Virus record (IMG/VR): IMGVR_UViG_3300021958_000024
DNA: 64,000 nt
Origin: a virus
Lineage: Duplodnaviria > Caudoviricetes
Reading direction: 5' to 3' (one strand)
In this document: positions 21,001 to 30,009 of the stretch, piece by piece
Numbering within the stretch: position 1 is the first letter of the stretch
Layout of the letters: each line of letters opens with the position of its first letter
The notes under the pieces: model-generated
What the model was told of the DNA's origin: nothing
The model's input: only the letters and a program-made list of their open reading frames with translations
The model's database searches: none
Translations under genes and position numbers: made by a program

Positions 21001-24000
21001 CTTCCAAGAACTTGCAGATATTGTTGCAAATGAAGTAGCAGAGACTCTATCCAACCCAGTATTAACTGTTGGTATAAACACAGTAAAATCTAGAGTCGTA
21101 TCAAATACTAGATTAGCACTGCAAAATGATGATGGAGTTCTTTACAACCTTAGTGGTTTTGGAACTGCTTCTCCTGGTGGAAATATCGTCATCAGCACAG
21201 AAGAAAAAACAGGTGGTGTTGATGGTTACTACCAAGCATATTCTGTAGATAGTAACTCATTTAAACTGGGCACAAATACAGGTATCGCTGAAAAAGTAGT
21301 CGAGTGGGATTATCAGAATGTAAATTCATTATATATTACTTCGGTTAATCACAAAATACCAAACACCCAAAAAGTAGTATATGATGAAATATCTGGTGGT
21401 ATTCCTGGATTAACAACTAATACAGAATATTATCTCGATGTCACTGGTCCAGATACATTTGGATTTAAAAATAGTATCAGTGGTGATAGGATTACGATGG
21501 GCAGTACTTTGAGTGGTTCATTCAAACTAACTGTCAATAGTATTGCAGGTATCTCATCGATTCCAGGAACGGTTTCTATCTCAACTATATCTAAAGTTAT
21601 TACTGGAACTGATACTGATTTCCCAAGGTATTTTAAAGTTGGAGATGATTTTATAGTTGAAAATACCACTGTATCACCCTCAGAATACGTTAGACTTACC
21701 GTTGATTCTATCGTTGATAACACTGCTTTAACAGTAAGAGAATCTCCAGGAATATCTAATGAGACTGCAAGACTGTTTGTTCCAACAAAAATCAATGTTA
21801 GACCTGATGGGACAAATGTTCATAGACCTTTCGATGGTGGCGTTGAAATAACAGCAGGTAGTTCACCTAATAGCAATATTGTACGTCAAACTCGTAAATA
21901 CTTTAGATATCAGTCAGGTAAAGGTATTCAATGTTCTCTTGCTATCAACTTCAATCCTCCAAGACAAATCGTATCTATGTTCGGTCAAACTAACGGAACA
22001 TTAGTTGACAATCAAGACTATGAAGTTAATATAAGAAATAGAGCATCTTCTGCATATATTTCATTTGGGGAAGATAGAAATGGTAATGTCTTATCTGATA
22101 ACTCTAAGATTACTGTTTATGATATTGACACCTTAACTCTTAATGTTGGTGCTCCAGGACATCCTCTTTGGATTAAATCAGCACCAACAACGGGTATAGG
22201 TGATTCTATTTCACAGACATATGTAACTAATAATGGAACTGATGAAGGAAGCATTGTATTTGATACCACTACAGTTGGTGTAGGAACGTATTATTATCAG
22301 TGTGAAAATCATTCTCCTATGGGTGGTGAGATTGAAGTTCTTCCAACTCCTTCTGCTGGTCCAGGTGAAACTTTTGTTAAGTTCTCTACATTAACTCCTC
22401 ATGGATTATTGAAAGGAAATGATGTCAAAATAAGAGGTGCTGGTGATTCTGCATACGATGGTTCTTATGAGATTGTGGCAGTAAACAATGAAGATGCATA
22501 TTATATTTCTTCAACAACATCTGCAACTTCTATTGTTTCTTCCCCATCATTAGAATACAATATCCAAGAGTGGAATAATAGTGCAGTTAGATGTGGATTG
22601 TTTGATTTCCAAAATGGATTCTTCTTTGAATATGACGGATCTACATTGTATGCGGTTAGAAGATCATCAACTTTCCAACTTCCATTAAGAGCAGATGTGA
22701 CTTTCCATAGTCATATTGTCAACTGGACAGCAGGCGCTAAGTTTACTAATAAAGTAGACGTTAATGATTATATTGTTATTAGAGGAACTTCATATAAAGT
22801 GACTTCAGTTACTGATGAACAACTTAATATTCAACCTGCATATAGAGGTACAAGTGATGTTGGTATTACTATTACCAAGACAGTTGATACTAAAGTAGCA
22901 CAGCAAGATTGGAATATTGATAGAGCAGATGGAACTGGTCCATCAGGATTTAAACTTGATAAGACCAAAATTCAAATGGCATATTTAGATTATTCTTGGT
23001 ATGGTGCTGGTAAGATTCGCTTTGGATTTAAAGATACTTATGGTCATGTTAAGTATTTCCACGAGTTCATTCATAATAACCTCCTAGATGAAGCATATAT
23101 GAGATCTGGTAACATCCCAGGTAGATATGAAATCACTAACTTTGGTGGGGTTGTTCCGTCATACATTCCATCACTATTCCACTGGGGTACTTCAGTCATG
23201 ATGGATGGTGGATTTGATGATGATAAAGCATATCAGTTTACAGCAACTTCCAACTCACTTGTGTTCACAAACGGTGATGGTGATTCTGCGGATACTGTAG
23301 CAAACTCCGTTGTTTATTATACTTCGAGAAATGGTAGAAGAAACTGGTATTTGAGACTATTTGTTGCTCCTGTTAACTTGAGTAAGTTTACTAGTGGTTC
23401 TGCACTTTATACAGTGGATGGGCAACTAAATGGAGAGACTGTTAACAGAACAGGATTCTTTGGATCTGCTGGTTTTGTTGACATCTTCATTGGTCAGACA
23501 AATGGAGGTCAAAACTTAGATATTACACCAAGTATTGTTTCTAGCACAACTATCTACATTGGTGCTCCTCCATCAGGAGGTACTGCGGTTGAACTAGGTC
23601 CAGATACTGAGATCCCAGTTATTAGTATTAGACTTGCTCCATCTGTTGATAACAACCTAACTGGTCCTGTAGGTTCAAGAGATATTATTAACCGAATGCA
23701 GTTACAGTTGAAGTCATTAGGTATTACATTAACACATGATTGTAATGTTGACCTGATCTTAAATGGATCTATTGATAATAAAGATTTCGCAGCAGTTGAT
23801 ACACCTTCACTATCCGAACTTATTGTTCATGATGGCGGAGATCAACTAAAGAATGGAACTAAGGTGTTCTCATTCAGAGCATCTGGCGGTGCTGAAGATG
23901 CAACAGGTGCAAGACTTGGATCAACATCTGACTTTGATTTGAGCAACATTACTGACTTGGGTAATAGTATCTTAGGTGGGGATGATATTTTCCCCAACGG

Positions 24001-24109
24001 TCCTGACCTATTGACTATTGCAGTTTCACCTATTGATACCTCTGGTGTTAATGCAACTTCTCCTCTGAAAGTTTCTGCTAGAATCACCTGGACAGAATCT
24101 CAAGCATAA
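18065..24109 (+). CDS. Large virion structural/fibre protein with a cupredoxin-like insert
   Basis: 2014 aa; KLRVSNPQNLIDTDFEYGLQPTKWE, RQTRKYFRYQSGKG, WYGAGKIRFG; ATAAATA at 18036-18042. Confidence 0.75.
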   Translation: MAKKLVYNYTFNPGAAGVGNIVIHGYYPLKTLLLVTNVTDSQIIFSFADPTYAGSVDYSDATDETTIIFNYDTSSMDASDQIQIFVDEQEAKIDFSETFVDPVNKLRVSNPQNLIDTDFEYGLQPTKWETIELVNNIPSFYSKDSQYSIEDVAIVEAINRSSTVTVTTSTPHGLSVGVPIDVQGLTSPTAEGKFLITSVPSPSSFTYVAKENQILEQGAVNINTSYTTIRTGEFFIGSDVKFREDDGLSSDNRSNSTINVTTTDYVHGFTPGSNFYVTNTVGSKQYRLGYVTNDLASDDRPNVDFEDTIETSGTITPALTETKKMTGTYALKFDVNSVSTVDNSITWPNHRLRAGDVLLYVPPSNDTEIGGLQRFQLYYVKQALTADKITLCETSTSTTVAVNPEINLTSTGTSNFGRHQLILAYEYYYLRTWYSSWIGLIPRHVGYGSGSGWDRIPTSPFQPHGLSGRLAQRCKFIFKNYGLNNNWTGNRSVYATNRNANYTLGKSGTTPDGYDFIEDFSRFDLPHPFNTATNTSEPNYNWDATFRYFRRYSDYSYRNTQPGFGYIFTVDLDFDTEGDSIYVENHGVSVGSAATAYFEKTGGGNAVTRSDVVTTEGVAPTTTVFSGDLNVNVTAISPDRLRIGDLNRLQQWNGSYNLTLYRNNGTKDTFYVPGISVISNNETIFVETTGTATLPTGLTGPVKPEKGNVQAVYNASTRALDTIRETLTSNSLSTLLAYNNSQEYYPFVNSNITVDGGIQRLGWRRTALTVAGYYPEGSGNDANIWSTTSKDFTSLTGWANGQAFDPFDTTNRAGEGWYMCITPFTGQNTTIPYWVSVKQIPEYIEDNPAVGANAFFWSNRPNEDFPPTNLSSETNNANSEANWTDVTGSQAGLGWRYTHEGRWYQPNANRHGYIFLQVTIANNTWPQYKPQNTAFDISPILPFESLGNVSGQRYIICCVIPVKNNTAAANFGLTGNIYTFQELADIVANEVAETLSNPVLTVGINTVKSRVVSNTRLALQNDDGVLYNLSGFGTASPGGNIVISTEEKTGGVDGYYQAYSVDSNSFKLGTNTGIAEKVVEWDYQNVNSLYITSVNHKIPNTQKVVYDEISGGIPGLTTNTEYYLDVTGPDTFGFKNSISGDRITMGSTLSGSFKLTVNSIAGISSIPGTVSISTISKVITGTDTDFPRYFKVGDDFIVENTTVSPSEYVRLTVDSIVDNTALTVRESPGISNETARLFVPTKINVRPDGTNVHRPFDGGVEITAGSSPNSNIVRQTRKYFRYQSGKGIQCSLAINFNPPRQIVSMFGQTNGTLVDNQDYEVNIRNRASSAYISFGEDRNGNVLSDNSKITVYDIDTLTLNVGAPGHPLWIKSAPTTGIGDSISQTYVTNNGTDEGSIVFDTTTVGVGTYYYQCENHSPMGGEIEVLPTPSAGPGETFVKFSTLTPHGLLKGNDVKIRGAGDSAYDGSYEIVAVNNEDAYYISSTTSATSIVSSPSLEYNIQEWNNSAVRCGLFDFQNGFFFEYDGSTLYAVRRSSTFQLPLRADVTFHSHIVNWTAGAKFTNKVDVNDYIVIRGTSYKVTSVTDEQLNIQPAYRGTSDVGITITKTVDTKVAQQDWNIDRADGTGPSGFKLDKTKIQMAYLDYSWYGAGKIRFGFKDTYGHVKYFHEFIHNNLLDEAYMRSGNIPGRYEITNFGGVVPSYIPSLFHWGTSVMMDGGFDDDKAYQFTATSNSLVFTNGDGDSADTVANSVVYYTSRNGRRNWYLRLFVAPVNLSKFTSGSALYTVDGQLNGETVNRTGFFGSAGFVDIFIGQTNGGQNLDITPSIVSSTTIYIGAPPSGGTAVELGPDTEIPVISIRLAPSVDNNLTGPVGSRDIINRMQLQLKSLGITLTHDCNVDLILNGSIDNKDFAAVDTPSLSELIVHDGGDQLKNGTKVFSFRASGGAEDATGARLGSTSDFDLSNITDLGNSILGGDDIFPNGPDLLTIAVSPIDTSGVNATSPLKVSARITWTESQA

Positions 24110-24117
24110 TAATCCTC

Positions 24118-24147
24118 AGAGGGTATAAAACTGTTTTATACCCCCTC
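24118..24147 (+). terminator. Hairpin/terminator followed by a late promoter
   Basis: gggtataaaa-ctg-ttttataccc; ATAAATA at 24151-24157. Confidence 0.55.
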
Positions 24148-24175
24148 TTCATAAATATTTCAAAAGCAGATAAAA

Positions 24176-26191
24176 ATGTCACCTATCAACTTTCCAGATA
24201 GTCCTACTCCAGGAGATGTCTTTAGAGACTTTGATACTGGGTACAAATATGAATATGATGGCGTAGTTTGGAAAAGTTACGTCGATGGATCATCATCAAG
24301 TATCAAAGTTATTGATGATGTTTCATCACTATTTGATAGTTTTCAAAGAACTTTTGAGTTGAGAGTTGGTGGGACGTTATTTTATCCAATCAGTGCTCAA
24401 CATATTAGAGTAGCACTTAATGGAGAACTGCAAACACCATATACAGATTATACCGTATCTGGAGCACAGATTACATTCGATGTTCCACCAACACCAGGAA
24501 CTGAGTTTTCTGTTGTCAATCTTCTGGTCACAGCAGGGTCTCCATACACTGAAAGTTATCTAACCAATCTAGACGTAGAGAATAAAGTTACAGCATTATC
24601 TGGTGTTGTAACTACTATTCTTGGAACTAATATCGAATATGTTGGGGTTGGTTCTTTTGGTACTGTTGCGATTGGAGAAACTGTTGTTATTAACTCTGAT
24701 CAAGGATTAGAGAATATCCTTTCTATTGACCCCACTACATCACAGACAATCTATGATGCTCTATTAGTAAGTCCAACTCAGAACTTTCCTAATATTAACG
24801 TAGCAGGTGTTTCTACATTAGGTTTTACATCAACTAGTGGATTGTTTGCAGCATCAAATACTACCACGCCAGCTGCAATAATATATGGAAATGTTGGCAT
24901 TAACACTGATAATCCTGGTAATACTCTAGATCTTACTGGTGATGTAGACCTTTATGGAAAGGTTATTATTGGTCCCAAGGATTATGCTGATACACTAGAT
25001 CCTAATGTTGCATTAGGAGGTACTTTTGGTCTTAGACCACTTAATATCGTTGGTTCTGATGCATCAATAAAAATTGCAAGATATGAACCAATACCAGGTA
25101 CTGTTGGTCCTATTATAGAACTGCAACAATTGAATTCTAGTACTTCTGATGTTGTAGGCAAATCTTACATATCAAGTTCGAAAGGTAGTATTAGACTGGG
25201 TAATGTTATTGGATATGGAAACACTCTTATTTCATTTGAAACATTTGATGAAATAACTGGGGTTACAGAATATCTTGTTCAAATAAATGAAAAAGGTAAT
25301 ACAGGTATTGGTACAACTAATGCATCCGAAAAACTGGTTGTTGTGGGTAATGCCATTGTCAGTGACAGAGTAAGTATTGGTAGTACACTCAAAGTTCTTA
25401 AAGATGCTTGGGTAAGAAATACCTTAAGTGTTGGAAGTTCAGATGTTTCAGGTAGCGTTCCTACAGATGAAGGTGTAATCTCTGCTGTTGGTAATGGTAA
25501 GAATGTTATTATCATCCAAGCAGATGAAAATACTGGTGATAGAGGATTAGCATTTAGAAATGAGTTTGATCGTTATGCTGCATACATCAATCTAGCACCA
25601 AATGATACTCCAGATCAAGGAGATCTTGTATTTGGACATGCAGTAACCAACGTTGCTAATGTTGATGACGTTGATGAAGTAATGAGATTAAGTAATGGTG
25701 GTGTTGGTATTGGAACCACCATTGCAAGAGAGTCTCTGCATGTTTTTGGTGGAACAAGACTTGAAGGTGATGTATATCTCAGGGGAGGTATGTTGGTTGA
25801 GAAATCAATAACCTCAAATGGTAGTGTTGGAAATCAAACATTAACTCCTATAGGTCTTTCTACGGGAACAAGTTTTTTCTATGATGCTGTCGAACTTGGA
25901 GAAATGATACCTCACTTCAGATATGATGCATCAACAACATTGTATGATTCGTTAGATATTGGCGAATCTGTTACAGTTTCTATATCTGCAAATACAAATA
26001 ACATAGGATTCTGTACAACTATCTACATTGATGGTGCATTACAATATCTGTACTGGCCAAATGGTGTAGTACCAACAACTACCGCTGCCCAATCACGCGA
26101 CAAATATGTATTTAATATCATGAAGACAGGTGTTCCACCAAATGAATGGACAGTTATGGCAACAGTTTCCAACAACATTCTAGTCTCATGA
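24176..26191 (+). CDS. Tail fibre protein
   Basis: INFPDSPTPG..YEYDGVVW N-terminus, VGIGTT repeats, C-terminal WPNG..PT...D.Y.F.I.KTG domain. Confidence 0.75.
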   Translation: MSPINFPDSPTPGDVFRDFDTGYKYEYDGVVWKSYVDGSSSSIKVIDDVSSLFDSFQRTFELRVGGTLFYPISAQHIRVALNGELQTPYTDYTVSGAQITFDVPPTPGTEFSVVNLLVTAGSPYTESYLTNLDVENKVTALSGVVTTILGTNIEYVGVGSFGTVAIGETVVINSDQGLENILSIDPTTSQTIYDALLVSPTQNFPNINVAGVSTLGFTSTSGLFAASNTTTPAAIIYGNVGINTDNPGNTLDLTGDVDLYGKVIIGPKDYADTLDPNVALGGTFGLRPLNIVGSDASIKIARYEPIPGTVGPIIELQQLNSSTSDVVGKSYISSSKGSIRLGNVIGYGNTLISFETFDEITGVTEYLVQINEKGNTGIGTTNASEKLVVVGNAIVSDRVSIGSTLKVLKDAWVRNTLSVGSSDVSGSVPTDEGVISAVGNGKNVIIIQADENTGDRGLAFRNEFDRYAAYINLAPNDTPDQGDLVFGHAVTNVANVDDVDEVMRLSNGGVGIGTTIARESLHVFGGTRLEGDVYLRGGMLVEKSITSNGSVGNQTLTPIGLSTGTSFFYDAVELGEMIPHFRYDASTTLYDSLDIGESVTVSISANTNNIGFCTTIYIDGALQYLYWPNGVVPTTTAAQSRDKYVFNIMKTGVPPNEWTVMATVSNNILVS

Positions 26192-26988
26192 ATCTAGATT
26201 TTAATACTAAGCAGAAACCTTTCGATACTTTTGGATCATTTTCTTCTGGAAGTATAACTCCAACCTCACAAAGTGGTAGAAGTCCATATGATCCTGGGAT
26301 TAGTGCTTATGATATCAAAAGAAGGTATCCAGATTCTCCTAATGGTTTTTATTAGATTAAAGGTGCTAATGGGAATGCAATACCTGTTTGGTGTCAGATG
26401 ATCGATAATGGTAATGGTTTTGGGTGGATGTTAATCGCTACTGCTCAAGGTAATGGTAATACTGCTGCTGGAAATGCAGCATCATCAGCTATACATACTA
26501 CCGCCGCTGTAGGTGAAATTGATCTTTCTACTGGCACTATTCCATCAGCATATAAGATTTCAGATGTAGATATAAACTATTGGACATCTAGAGCACGTCC
26601 ACAACTAGATCACCCAAAACTTGTAAGTACACCAGTTTTTGGACTTGCGTGTCCTGCTACAGTTCCTGCTAATAAAAATCTATGGTATGGAGAAGTCATT
26701 GAATGGTTCATTCCAGATACTAATTGGACTAATAATAACATAGATTTTAGGGGGAAAAACACTGGGACATTTAGTAATAGAGGTTATGATACCTATAGTC
26801 AATATTTTTTAGGAACACCACTTAATAATAACTCATACCTTTCTGGAACATTTACTGGATTGGGTCCAACTCTATTTGAAAGTTGGAATTCATGGGGAAA
26901 TCAAATAGTATTTGGTGCAAATATTGGTGGTGGTTTTTATCAAGTGGAATGGAGAACTAATGGATTTTGTTTCTATCGTGCAGGATAA
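26188..26988 (+). pseudogene. Fibrinogen-like/lectin receptor-binding protein interrupted by one in-frame TAG
   Basis: Track ORFs 26146-26355 and 26398-26988 share a frame; joined they read SAYDIK...PNGFY*IKGANGNAIPVWCQM...GWMLI, with TAG at 26353-26355 where G-x-Y-W-I expects TGG. Confidence 0.75.
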
Positions 26989-26990
26989 AA

Positions 26991-27047
26991 CCAGTTTATA
27001 AACTGTCCACTTAACCCCGCAGCAACGCTGTGGGGTTTTATACTATA
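26991..27047 (+). promoter_or_regulatory. Early promoter cassette with embedded hairpin/terminator
   Basis: ccagtttataAACTGTCCAC, aaccccgcagc-aac-gctgtggggtt hairpin, TATACT. Confidence 0.65.
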
Positions 27048-27067
27048 TGGGTATCCATGAGGTGAAC

Positions 27068-27166
27068 ATGTCAACCACAGATAAAATCATTTTTGTGGGA
27101 TCCTTTTTCATTTTAATGAACTGGGGTGTTCGCGTTACTAATGCAACCTTTGAGTTTTTGTTCTGA
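27068..27166 (+). CDS. 32-aa hydrophobic peptide
   Basis: GAGG RBS, MSTTDKIIFVGSFFILMNWGVRV..., TGATG coupling to the next gene. Confidence 0.55.
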   Translation: MSTTDKIIFVGSFFILMNWGVRVTNATFEFLF

Positions 27167-27597
27167 TGTTGTACTTAGAACAGTCAGGAAAAGGGTCTAG
27201 AAGACTCTCTAAGGACGTTGTAACGTGGTTTATGTGGAAATACCTTCCTAGACACAATATAGAGGTTTCTTTGCTTCATAGAGGTCTTTTAAGAGAAGGT
27301 GTTTATGGGTGGTGTAGCGTACAAGATTGTGATCATCGACCAAGATCCTTTTTGGTTGAGGTTCATAATAAACTAGACCAAGACACTTTCATTAAAGTTT
27401 TACTACATGAACTTTGGCATGTCAAACAGTTTGTTACTGGTGATATGAGAGACAAAAAAGGTAAAAAACACTGGAAAGGAGTTGACATCTCTGATGTTGA
27501 CTATGATGACGATCCTAGTGAGATTGAAGCAACTGAAATGGAAAACCCATTGCATTACGAGTACAGTCTTGACAGACTCATCGGATCCATTGTATAA
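27166..27597 (+). CDS. Zn-metallopeptidase-like protein
   Basis: LLHELWHVKQ (HExxH) plus downstream PSEIEA. Confidence 0.7.
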   Translation: MLYLEQSGKGSRRLSKDVVTWFMWKYLPRHNIEVSLLHRGLLREGVYGWCSVQDCDHRPRSFLVEVHNKLDQDTFIKVLLHELWHVKQFVTGDMRDKKGKKHWKGVDISDVDYDDDPSEIEATEMENPLHYEYSLDRLIGSIV

Positions 27598-27598
27598 T
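27569..27598 (+). promoter_or_regulatory. Sigma70-type early promoter
   Basis: TTGACA-18 nt-TATAAT. Confidence 0.75.
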
Positions 27599-27635
27599 CG
27601 CTTTGTCAGTATTGGAGTTCATTAAAGACTAATCT

Positions 27636-27830
27636 ATGAAAAAGAAGTTTGTTTCTCTTGTTCCTTTGAGTTCAGCAGCAAAGTTTCGATTTGCCACTGA
27701 AATGGATCATTTTCACGCATGTATGGTTTTAGGAGAGACTGATGACATGTTTGATTTGGTTTCTTTGAATGGTCAGTATTTGACTAAAGTTCCTAAGAAA
27801 GGGAACTCTCACTGGCAAGTTGTTAAATAG
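27636..27830 (+). CDS. Small hypothetical protein
   Basis: 64 aa; FVSLVPLSSAAKFRF...LVSLNG resembles 43240-43425 (FVTPKSKKARNRF...LRSLNG). Confidence 0.65.
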   Translation: MKKKFVSLVPLSSAAKFRFATEMDHFHACMVLGETDDMFDLVSLNGQYLTKVPKKGNSHWQVVK

Positions 27831-27853
27831 TTTTACATTAGAGTATTCTAACT

Positions 27854-28051
27854 ATGAAAGATCAGTACACCATTGACGACGGCGAATCCAAACAAGACAA
27901 ATGGAATCGTGGTCTTGATATTTTTATTGAATCAGTGCATAAACCAGATCCTGCACTAAGGCAATGTGCCCATAATCAAAAGTGTTACCATGAGTTAATG
28001 GAAGTGAGAGATAATGTATTGAAATACTTAAATACACTTAGATGGCATTGA
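27854..28051 (+). CDS. Small hypothetical protein
   Basis: 65 aa, KPDPALRQCAHNQKCYHELM. Confidence 0.65.
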   Translation: MKDQYTIDDGESKQDKWNRGLDIFIESVHKPDPALRQCAHNQKCYHELMEVRDNVLKYLNTLRWH

Positions 28052-28052
28052 A

Positions 28053-28247
28053 ATGAACTATAAACCATATAGTCCTGAGTGGCACAGATATAGGTATTTG
28101 AAGGAAGCGATTGATAAGTACCTGGATGATTATGTTGATAATCAGGATATCATGAATGATATTTTAGATATTATCTGTGATCGTTCAGAAATAGCATACA
28201 AAGAGTTTAGTAAACTCAATGAACTAGAAGCAAAATTGCGTAACTAA
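28053..28247 (+). CDS. Small hypothetical protein
   Basis: 64 aa, tightly packed in the operon. Confidence 0.65.
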   Translation: MNYKPYSPEWHRYRYLKEAIDKYLDDYVDNQDIMNDILDIICDRSEIAYKEFSKLNELEAKLRN

Positions 28248-28248
28248 A

Positions 28249-28566
28249 ATGCTTTCAACTCAATACAGACTAAAACTAGAGTTTATTTGCAAATGTATTG
28301 TAAATGGGGAAGAAGTAAAACTTGAAGATATTATTTGGGCAGAGAAACTTGCTAAAGCAAATACTACTGCAAGGGATTGGTTAAACAAAGCACGCAGAAA
28401 GGCAGCAAATCCTGATATGCAGGAGGGAAGTATGGATGATTTTATGAATAAAATGGGTTTAGGAGATCCTGACCCATCAAATCACCGCACTGGTTTCGGT
28501 AGTGCTGATGAAATAGTAGACTGGTTTAGGCAAGACAAACCAGATGATTGGCGCACTCGTGATTGA
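28249..28566 (+). CDS. Hypothetical protein
   Basis: 105 aa, MLSTQYRLKLEFIC...DKPDDWRTRD. Confidence 0.7.
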   Translation: MLSTQYRLKLEFICKCIVNGEEVKLEDIIWAEKLAKANTTARDWLNKARRKAANPDMQEGSMDDFMNKMGLGDPDPSNHRTGFGSADEIVDWFRQDKPDDWRTRD

Positions 28567-28567
28567 T

Positions 28568-28659
28568 GGTGGGCAGCAACAGTAAGTCTTGGCGGAATTA
28601 TGTTGCGTAAGACCCACCCATATGTTATGATAAATAATAATAGTCACGCCAAGACTTAC
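28568..28659 (+). promoter_or_regulatory. Structured leader with antisense loop plus late promoter for the HNH gene
   Basis: ggtggg/cccacc and gcaaca/tgttgc stems; loop gtaagtcttggcg (28582-28594) is the reverse complement of cgccaagacttac (28647-28659) next to the ATG; ATAAATA at 28630-28636. Confidence 0.7.
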
Positions 28660-28660
28660 A

Positions 28661-29122
28661 ATGAAAGTATCACAACATCCACTGTATCATACTTGGAATG
28701 GTATGGTTCGTCGCTGTAAAGACCCCAAAAATATAAATTATCCAGATTATGGTGCTCGTGGAATAGAAATTTATGAAGAGTGGTCTGAAAGAGGGTTTCA
28801 CGGCACCACACAAACTCCGCCAGGTTTTATAAAGTTTCTAAAATATATTGATGAAAATTTGGGTGAAAGACCAGAAGGATGCTCTATTGATAGAATAGAC
28901 AACAACTCTGGATACATTCCTGGTAATATAAGATGGGCGGATAACTATACACAAAATATAAATCGTAGATGTCCGAATGGTTCTTTGAGAAATATAAGAA
29001 AAGTTCCGTCTGGTAAATATCAAGTTAATATGTGGTATAAAAAAACTAACTATTATGTTGGAACTTATAACACAGTAGATGAGGCAGTTATTGCCAGAGA
29101 TAAGTATAGAAAAGAATTATAG
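28661..29122 (+). CDS. Free-standing HNH-family homing endonuclease with AP2-like C-terminus
   Basis: W.GM..RC...YPDYGARGI...RPEGCSIDRIDNNSGYIPGNIRWA...Q..NR; C-terminal YVGTYNTVDEAVIARD. Confidence 0.85.
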   Translation: MKVSQHPLYHTWNGMVRRCKDPKNINYPDYGARGIEIYEEWSERGFHGTTQTPPGFIKFLKYIDENLGERPEGCSIDRIDNNSGYIPGNIRWADNYTQNINRRCPNGSLRNIRKVPSGKYQVNMWYKKTNYYVGTYNTVDEAVIARDKYRKEL

Positions 29123-29130
29123 GAGGCAAC

Positions 29131-29370
29131 GTGACTAAAACTGTAGTTATCTATTCTAATGGTAGTCAAGAATGTGAACGTATAAAAATGCTTTTACAAA
29201 GTCTTGATGGAGAATTTCATGAATATCTTGTAGATTGTGATTTCAGTGAAAGACAGTTTCGGATGGAGTTTGGAGATGAAGCAACATATCCACAAGTTGC
29301 GATAGGTAACAAACACATCGGAAATATGAATGAAACTCTTAAATATATGAAACAAAACGGAATGATTTAA
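29131..29370 (+). CDS. Glutaredoxin-like protein (single active-site Cys)
   Basis: VVIYSNGSQECERIK...TYPQV.IG.KHIG; GGAGG RBS, GTG start. Confidence 0.7.
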   Translation: MTKTVVIYSNGSQECERIKMLLQSLDGEFHEYLVDCDFSERQFRMEFGDEATYPQVAIGNKHIGNMNETLKYMKQNGMI

Positions 29371-29615
29371 TGAATACTTACAACTCAACACTTCTAATAA
29401 TCTTTGGTGTTATTGGATACATAATGATAGTTGACAAAAATGTTGCAGACTATTTTATTCTTTTAACTAAGATTATTGGGTTAAATGCTGAGAGATTGTA
29501 TTGGATGATACGGTTGCATCCTAAAAACTTTGTAACAACCTGGATCAGCAACCGAAAGTATGATAAGATTGCAAGGCAGATGCACAAGGAGTTCCAAGAC
29601 CGCAGTGATCAGTGA
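29370..29615 (+). CDS. Small membrane protein
   Basis: 81 aa with a hydrophobic N-terminus. Confidence 0.6.
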   Translation: MNTYNSTLLIIFGVIGYIMIVDKNVADYFILLTKIIGLNAERLYWMIRLHPKNFVTTWISNRKYDKIARQMHKEFQDRSDQ

Positions 29616-30009
29616 CAGCATTTACAAACTTGCTATTGAAGTTGCAAAATCATCACGCTCAAAAAAGAAAGTTGGTGCAGTTTTACTAAACAAAAGCAAA
29701 GTAGTTGTTTCTGGCACTAATCTAGAAAGAAAATCACATCCTCTACAGGCAAGATTTGCTGAACGTGCAGGACTCAAAGAAAAGATTTATCTTCATGCCG
29801 AGATTTCCGCACTTGTCAAATGTAGAGAAGAATGTGATACTATAGTAGTTGCACGAGTTAATCCTCAAAACAAACTTCGAATGGCACGTCCATGCCCAAT
29901 CTGTGAACTGGCACTAAAAGAAGCAGGGATTACAAAAATCCATTACACTACAAACCAAGGTTTTCTTTACGAGTATCAATGTTTGACAAAACTGACCATG
30001 ATGAGATGA
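29605..30009 (+). CDS. Cytidine/dCMP deaminase-family Zn protein
   Basis: VGAVL...HAEISAL...RPCPIC; likely GTG start at 29605 after AAGGAG. Confidence 0.8.
   Translation: MISDSIYKLAIEVAKSSRSKKKVGAVLLNKSKVVVSGTNLERKSHPLQARFAERAGLKEKIYLHAEISALVKCREECDTIVVARVNPQNKLRMARPCPICELALKEAGITKIHYTTNQGFLYEYQCLTKLTMMR

Noticed and set aside
26353-26355. Genome-wide TAG recoding
   Set aside because: Only one in-frame TAG was seen; very long ORFs are uninterrupted, and TAG acts as a normal stop at 5569, 27830 and 34395.
15557-26988. Diversity-generating retroelement or invertible tail-fibre shufflon
   Set aside because: No reverse transcriptase, TR/VR pair, invertase or flanking inverted repeats were seen.
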